From the NCBI GenBank assembly GCA_965112735.1, contig OZ218954.1, positions 1,488,001 to 1,552,000 on the forward strand: a DNA stretch of 64,000 nucleotides. The letters are read 5' to 3'. The notes beneath the pieces were generated by a model. That model ran no database searches and was not told where the DNA came from. It saw only the letters and a program-made list of their open reading frames with translations. A program made the position numbers and the translations under genes. Below, one piece after another: positions 58,410 to 64,000 of the stretch (position 1 is the first letter of the stretch; each line of letters starts with the position of its first letter). Source of the stretch: Phaeosaccion multiseriatum. Lineage: Eukaryota > Protista > Ochrophyta, other classes.

Positions 58410-59324
58410 AGCCAGCCAGGTACGGCCGGGTGGGGCCTCCTTCTTTCAGCCGTTGTTTGTCGTGTCCGGCCGGCCGCCGCCCCATCGATAGTAGTTGTGC
58501 TTGTTGTGAAGGCAGCCGCTGCCGCCTGCAAACCCTTCATGAAGGGCCTCCACCTCCAGCAGGATGAGCATCAGGGCCGAGGAACGACAGGATGACGGAG
58601 AGGCAGGCCGAGCAACAAGATGGGCAGCACCTTCCACGTCATGTGGGCGTAGCGGAGGCCTGAGGGTCCTGGCTGGTCCCGAGTGCCAGTTGGCGTTGAT
58701 GAGCGTCTGCCGAATGGCTGCGCGGCAGCGCGGCAGGCCGTGATTGTTGTGCGGTGGCGCGCCAGGCGGTGGCGCGCCCTGGCCCGCCCGCGGTGGTGTC
58801 AGCGTCGATGGTTTCCGAAGCTGGCTCGCGTGGGTGCTTGCCGGAGAGGATGTCGAAGGTGGCTTGGTTGCGTTGGGGGTGGCGCTCCCTAGAGGAGAGC
58901 GCACTGGTGGCCTTGCTGGCGCCTTCGGGCGGTGCGGAAACGGGCGCACTTTTATACCGTCGACCGCCGGCCCAAAATTTCCCCCCCTTCCTGCCCCCCC
59001 CCTCTCTATCGACTCTCTCCTTCTCCTCACCAGAGTAGAGGCAACTGTAGAAGACCTATGTGTTGTATATACAATACTTTGTACACAGAAACGGGTAAAT
59101 CACCCTCTAGGACCGTCCTCAGCCTGCTGTAAACTTTCCCTTTCCTGCGCTGCCTTTTTCTGGAGCCTCGCCTTCTCCTTTCCCTCCTCGCCTGCCTCTC
59201 TTCTTCTCCTTTTCGCGGCCTCCCTCCTCTTCCGTAGCTGCCTCTCGTGGGTACTCTCACCTCCCCCGAAAGAGACACCACCAGCTGCAGCAGCAGCCTC
59301 TGCAGGCGCAACAGATGCTCCTGC

Positions 59325-61030
59325 CCCTGATCCCCCCCGTACCGGCCACAGTGCTGCGGCGGCTGCTGCTACTGCTGCTCTCCTCCCCCTCCTCGTCCTC
59401 CTCCTTCCCCCCTCCTTCTCCAGCCTCAGCAGCACCTGCAACTCTTCCTCCTCCTCCCCCCCTCCTTCTCCTCCAGCAGCAGCACCACCTGCTACTCCTC
59501 CTCCTCCTCCTCCTCCTCCTCCCACAGCTGATTCTCCTCCTGCTTCCCCCCCCCTCCTCCTCCTTGTGATTCTCTTGCTGCTGATGATGATGGTCCTCCT
59601 CCTCCTCCTCCTCCTCCTCGCTCCTCCTCCTCCCCCTCTTCCCCCCCCTCCTCCCCCTCCTCCTCCTGCTCGAGGCTGGTGACAGACACAGCCCGCTGCG
59701 GCGACGTCACCCATAAGGTTTTACACACTCTGACGATGCATCCCATGCGCAAAGAGGCTGCTGGTGGTACTCTTCAAGGTTGTGGAAGAGGTGGGGGGCC
59801 CAGACAAACACGTCACGTTGGGCATACCCTCCCACTTCAGACTGGCGGCTTGGCGTCGAGGCCCTGTAGTAGGGAGTTTGCCAGGTAGGCAACCCTTCCT
59901 TTGGATCCCTTGCCGCCTCGAGTGCTACTTGGATGAACTCAGTCTGCGCTGGTGGTCTATTCTTCTTCCCAAACCCTCCCCCATCACCACCGCCCCCCTT
60001 GTCGCCCGTATTTCCATCCTCCTCGTCCTCATCCTCGTCTTTCTCACCCCTGTTCGCACAAAAAAAGATGTAAAAAGGGGCCGAGAACAACAGGGGGAAG
60101 AAGTGTGTCAAGGTATGTTCAGAAAGGGCGGCCCGAGAGTGGGCGGGGGGCGTGGACAAGAGCAAGCCAGGCATCAAGAAGGAAGAGGAGATAATTGAGA
60201 GCGTACCGCTTAGACGTGCGATCAAGGGGCGGCGAAGAAAACCCTACGAAGTGGTCATCACTTGCACCATCTGCCCTGTCTGCGCTCGAAGACATGTCAC
60301 AGCCCTTCTTCTTCCTCTCCTCCATGTCCTTCTTTCGCTTCTCTTCCTTCTCCGCTGGGAGAAGCAAATCCTCATCAATTCCTTTCATAGCTGCACCATT
60401 CAACCGCAGTTTCTCGCTTATTCCCTTCAGGGCCCGGCCTCGTCGTCCTCGAACTTTGTAAGCATCTTTTACAGCCGCCTTCTCGATTTTCAATCTCTGC
60501 TTAGGTGTCTGCAATTGGTTCACCGCGTCTCCTCCTGTGCTGCGGCGATTGTCGCAAGCTCAGTCTCCACTGCCGCTTGAGTGCCCGGTTTCGAAGCGGT
60601 CGCTGGTTGTACCGCCGCAGCGGCTTCATCTGCCAGAGCAACGGCTTGCGTCCAAGTCTCGTTGTCCCCGTTACTGTCGTTGTGCGCTCGTGCGGCCTTT
60701 CCACTCGTATTCTCAGAGCCCTGTGCGCCAGAAATCTCTTCAGGACTGTCACACAGGTGGTGCTGTTCCATCCTTTTCTGCTGCCCCGCTACAGCTTCTT
60801 CATTCTCCTCCATTTGTCTCTGCTGCTGCTGATGGTATGGTGGTGACAAATGTACCTCTCTTTGCTTGACTGCTGCTGCTACTACCAGCCCTACCACCTT
60901 CCTGCCATGAACAAGCCTTCACTAAGCCATTACTGCTGCTGGAAGGTAGCAGTTGTGGCCCTTTAAGCAGCGTTAACCCTCTTAGTGGAGGGGGAAAGGC
61001 GGGAGGAAAGCAGCGAAATATAGGAAAAAT
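59325..61030 (-). mobile_element. Degenerate ~1.7-kb repeat, copy 2 (inverted relative to 39959-41704)
   Basis: Near-identical translated blocks on opposite strands, e.g. VVAAAVKQREVHLSPPYHQQQQRQMEENEE and ALEAARDPKEGLPTWQTPYYRASTPSRQSEVGGYAQRDVFVWAPHLFHNL. Confidence 0.85.
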
Positions 61031-61167
61031 GTCGCTCCTCCTCCTCTCCCTCTCCCCAGGTCACTCAACTACTATTATGTGAAAACCTCCCCCTATAATA
61101 TGATAGCCTGTTTTTCTTCCCATCGGTTAGCTGGGTCACTCTCTCTCACCACTCTCTATCTTAGCTC

Positions 61168-62460
61168 ATGGCGCGATTAGTATTCGCAGCCCTTCTACTT
61201 CTCTCCCTCCCCCCCCTTGGTCTCCAACTACCGGTCGAGGATAGATTGAATGGTCAGGGGAGAGGGCTGGAATCGGAGGCGAATGCAGCTTTGGATGACG
61301 ATAGTTCTCTGCCCGTGGAAGCTGTTGTCTCCTTCCGGAATGTGGCCGATGCCAAGACTTTTTGGCAGGCCTTCCTCGAACACTGGCCTCCAAGCTTAGG
61401 ACACATGCACATCGTGGTGGACATGGGCTCTCAAGAGGAGAAAGGGTGGGAACGACTGCGCACTTGCTTGGGTGAGACTTCCTACCTGCCGAAGATGACG
61501 GCCATGGCCCAAACGAATGTTTCACTCGACACCACGAGTACGCTGCGGAAGAACCACTGGAAGTTCTTCCTCGATAAGTATGTGGAAGCACCCATTGTTG
61601 CTGTCATCGACGACGACGCTTGCCTGGTGGACCACTTCGTTTACGACGATATTGTCAGCAGCGAGGGGAAGCTGGTGGCTCGTGGCATGCGCGTCGCCGG
61701 GCAAGACAATTTTAGGAAGTGGGTTGAAGGCAATGGTCTGCCTTGGATGGGTCACTTTATGACAGACTTTCCTGTCTTCTATTGGACGGAGATGCTACCG
61801 GACTTGAGGGCGTGGATGGTACAGCAGGAGCTGGGTCGGCCCATCTCAGAAGCAACCGCCGCAGAAGATTTCTGGCAGGCATTTGTGCAGATGTTCAGCC
61901 ATGGCCCTGGACATCCTAGTGAGTTCAATGTCATCATGAACTTCGCGTACTCGTCTGATAAGTGGAGAGATCGCTACGACTGGAAAATTGCTCCGGACGA
62001 CGTCACGCTAGGCATGGCGCTTCACCAACATGCTGATGGCTGCCCATCCCGTGAGAAGCTGCTCTCTCCCATCGACAGTGAGAACACCGGTGACTTGCAG
62101 ATACGAGAGGTCCTCCTGTTCTACCCTTACACACTAACAACCAGTTTCTGCGGCGCAATGGATGGACGTCGCCCCCGCCAATGCAAGGGCGCTGACGCCA
62201 ATACTTTTGTCCCCTCCAACTGGGGGTCTTTCGGGCACGATCCAAAGTTCTTTGAGCTCTTTAAGCAAGGTCCCATCCCCGTCCCCAGCATGATGTCGAC
62301 GACGCCTGGCTGTGGAACGGGGGACCAGACAGCATGGGCAGCGGTGCTGGGCGAGCATGAAGCAGCGCTGAAGAGGTGGTCAGAGGAAGGCAAGGCTCTC
62401 TCCTACGCGGAGCTTGACGCAGACGTGGTGGAGGAATGGAGCAAGTGCTGGAAACAGTAA
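61168..62460 (+). CDS. Secreted/lumenal GT-A-like protein with DxD motif, intronless
   Basis: Signal peptide MARLVFAALLLLSLPPLG. WKFFLDKYVEAPIVAVIDDDACL (beta-strand + DxD), FMTDFPVFYW, SEFNVIMNFAY. Function is inference. Confidence 0.65.
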   Translation: MARLVFAALLLLSLPPLGLQLPVEDRLNGQGRGLESEANAALDDDSSLPVEAVVSFRNVADAKTFWQAFLEHWPPSLGHMHIVVDMGSQEEKGWERLRTCLGETSYLPKMTAMAQTNVSLDTTSTLRKNHWKFFLDKYVEAPIVAVIDDDACLVDHFVYDDIVSSEGKLVARGMRVAGQDNFRKWVEGNGLPWMGHFMTDFPVFYWTEMLPDLRAWMVQQELGRPISEATAAEDFWQAFVQMFSHGPGHPSEFNVIMNFAYSSDKWRDRYDWKIAPDDVTLGMALHQHADGCPSREKLLSPIDSENTGDLQIREVLLFYPYTLTTSFCGAMDGRRPRQCKGADANTFVPSNWGSFGHDPKFFELFKQGPIPVPSMMSTTPGCGTGDQTAWAAVLGEHEAALKRWSEEGKALSYAELDADVVEEWSKCWKQ

Positions 62461-63789
62461 AGCAGCGAAAGAGAGAGAGACAGAGAGACTGAGGGCGTCA
62501 CATTGTGAGTAGTGCTTGATCCTGTATATGCCATGAGCGATGGTGTTTACTGCTGCTGTGTTGAGATAAATCGGTGTCGACACTAGATATCGATCTCTTC
62601 TCTCTCCGTTCACTTCTTCTCTTAGTGCTATGTAGCTAATAAGACGCTTTCCCACACTCGTGCAAGTTCGTCACCAGTCTCTAGGTGAGAGATATCACAA
62701 CACGACAATTGTCGGTTGAAAGCTAATGCGCATTAGTGCAGCGGTGGACGTAAAGTACGGGATGAGTACGGGAAGTTGAAACGGTCGGAGTAGACTTTAG
62801 CACTGCGTCTGCCAAGCTGCATTGGGTATGGCGGACCGACGAGTGTCTAAATCTGCGAGGGAGAAGTCACGTCGTTGGCTCAAAGAGCGGTGGCTCCATG
62901 AGCAAGCGAGCAAGAGACAGGAGGGGGTTTTGAGTGGAAGGCAGGAGGGGCTACGAGCTGATTCAGCTCCTTCCGTCAGCATCCATTATGACTTGCGTAG
63001 GCGGTCAGGTATCGAACACTCAGACCTCTACCTGTGTGGGTTGCGTAGTGCCCAGGTGGGGCCCGCAACTGAATCCGCCAGGCGGGCAGCAGCGGTGAAT
63101 CCCTCTGCTCGTAGCGGGAGCGGTGGCAGAGCGTTTACGGGCCAACGGAGACGGTGCGCGCTGGGCAGCGGTCATGTCTCGCACGTATATGCTCAAGCCG
63201 CAGAGGCACCTGCGCCGGGGCGGAGGTAGACGTGCACAGCGGCAACCTCCACCGTAGAGACCAGCGGAGAGAGAGGAGACGGTTTGCGCTACGAGACGCA
63301 GCGCAAGTCGAGGGAGGCCCCGTTTTCAGGGCGGCTCGTGACGTATTAAATGCGGAGGGAGTGTATTAGGCTCGCAGGCCTGGTTGCCTCGCGTCTTTCG
63401 TGCCTTTCGTCGGTTTAATTTATTTTTTATTAAAATTCAAAAGCGTTTCTTTCTTTTGTAATCCGCACAGTCTGTCTCTCTTGCTCTCATCCATTGACTT
63501 GTTGCCTTTCCGTTTACATGTACCTGCTTCAGTACAGTTCTGCCGACAGAATGTTGTAAAGTGAAGTCAAGTGTGGGGGGGGTGGGGGGGAATTCGAATA
63601 CGTCAACGCGAGTATGTCAACAATTACGACTTTCAACAGCCTGACTTTGGGGGGGCACGTCGGGAGCCAGCAGCTAAGAAGAGGGTACCATCAGTGAGAG
63701 GAGTGTGACGATATTCATTGAGTTATTCTCCGGGCACGCCTCTTTACCCCCTCCCCCTCTTGCCCCCACCAAGTTTGCCCCCCCCCCCC

Positions 63790-64000
63790 AGTGAACGCCT
63801 TCAGCTTGGTAAGACTGTGCTGCTAATGCGCCTCATTGCCCTTGAAGGCGGACTGTACGACCCTCTGCGCGTCGTCTGCGCCCATGGGTTGAGAGACCTT
63901 CTGAATGATGATAAGGAGTACCTCCATTTCCTTGGGATAGAAGTCACTGGCCTTACTTGCACCGCCCTCCGACTCGGCAGCAGCTTCAGCAGATTGAACC
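63790..64000 (-). pseudogene. Possible Myb/SANT-like remnant, cut by window end
   Basis: FYPKEMEVLLIIIQKVSQPMGADDAQRV..* resembles the E..LL.II....P.G.D.W..V helical motif, with an in-frame stop. Confidence 0.25.

Noticed and set aside
56580-58960. Short ORFs with Cys/His clusters downstream of NOC4
   Set aside because: No consistent frame or family motif. Left unassigned apart from the MITE.
37500-62460. Whole island as an endogenous giant virus or bacterial contaminant
   Set aside because: No capsid, packaging ATPase, polB or other viral core gene is seen. Intron-containing NOC4 and LicD-EEP and eukaryotic TEs are interleaved.
62700-63400. Short + strand ORFs (135 and 71 aa)
   Set aside because: Non-ATG starts, frame breaks and no recognisable domain.
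63552-63638. TGTTG...CAACA bounded segment resembling a solo LTR
   Set aside because: Only ~87 bp, no TSD and no second copy in the window.

Overview
Eukaryotic nuclear DNA, not prokaryotic. It is GC-rich, has many GT-AG spliceosomal introns carrying CA/GA microsatellites, and has bipartite signal+'AF' plastid-targeting leaders. This points to an alga with a secondary plastid, most likely a heterokont (eustigmatophyte-like; inference). Positions 1-35 kb are a compact housekeeping block of strictly alternating head-to-head gene pairs: SLY1/NDUFAF4-like, patatin/pyruvyltransferase, SNF1-MARK-type kinase/peroxisomal thiolase, Cpn20/CRM protein, SCAR-WAVE/Abi-like, and UBC12/MFSD5-MOT2. Positions 35-64 kb are a transposon-littered island (several MITE families, an RLE non-LTR array, Helitron, Ty3/gypsy and Zisupton-like debris) carrying glycan-modification genes. 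The main candidate system is a bacterial-type TagD-like cytidylyltransferase, an SLC35A nucleotide-sugar transporter, a stand-alone LicD, and a spliced LicD-EEP phosphoesterase fusion, flanked by two GT-like secretory proteins. Together they could form a clustered 'make CDP-alcohol, import to Golgi, transfer as phosphodiester, edit' pathway. The second highlight is SCAR/WAVE lying head-to-head with a divergent Abi-like partner. All family calls come from motif recognition by eye, exon boundaries were read manually, and no database searches were run.
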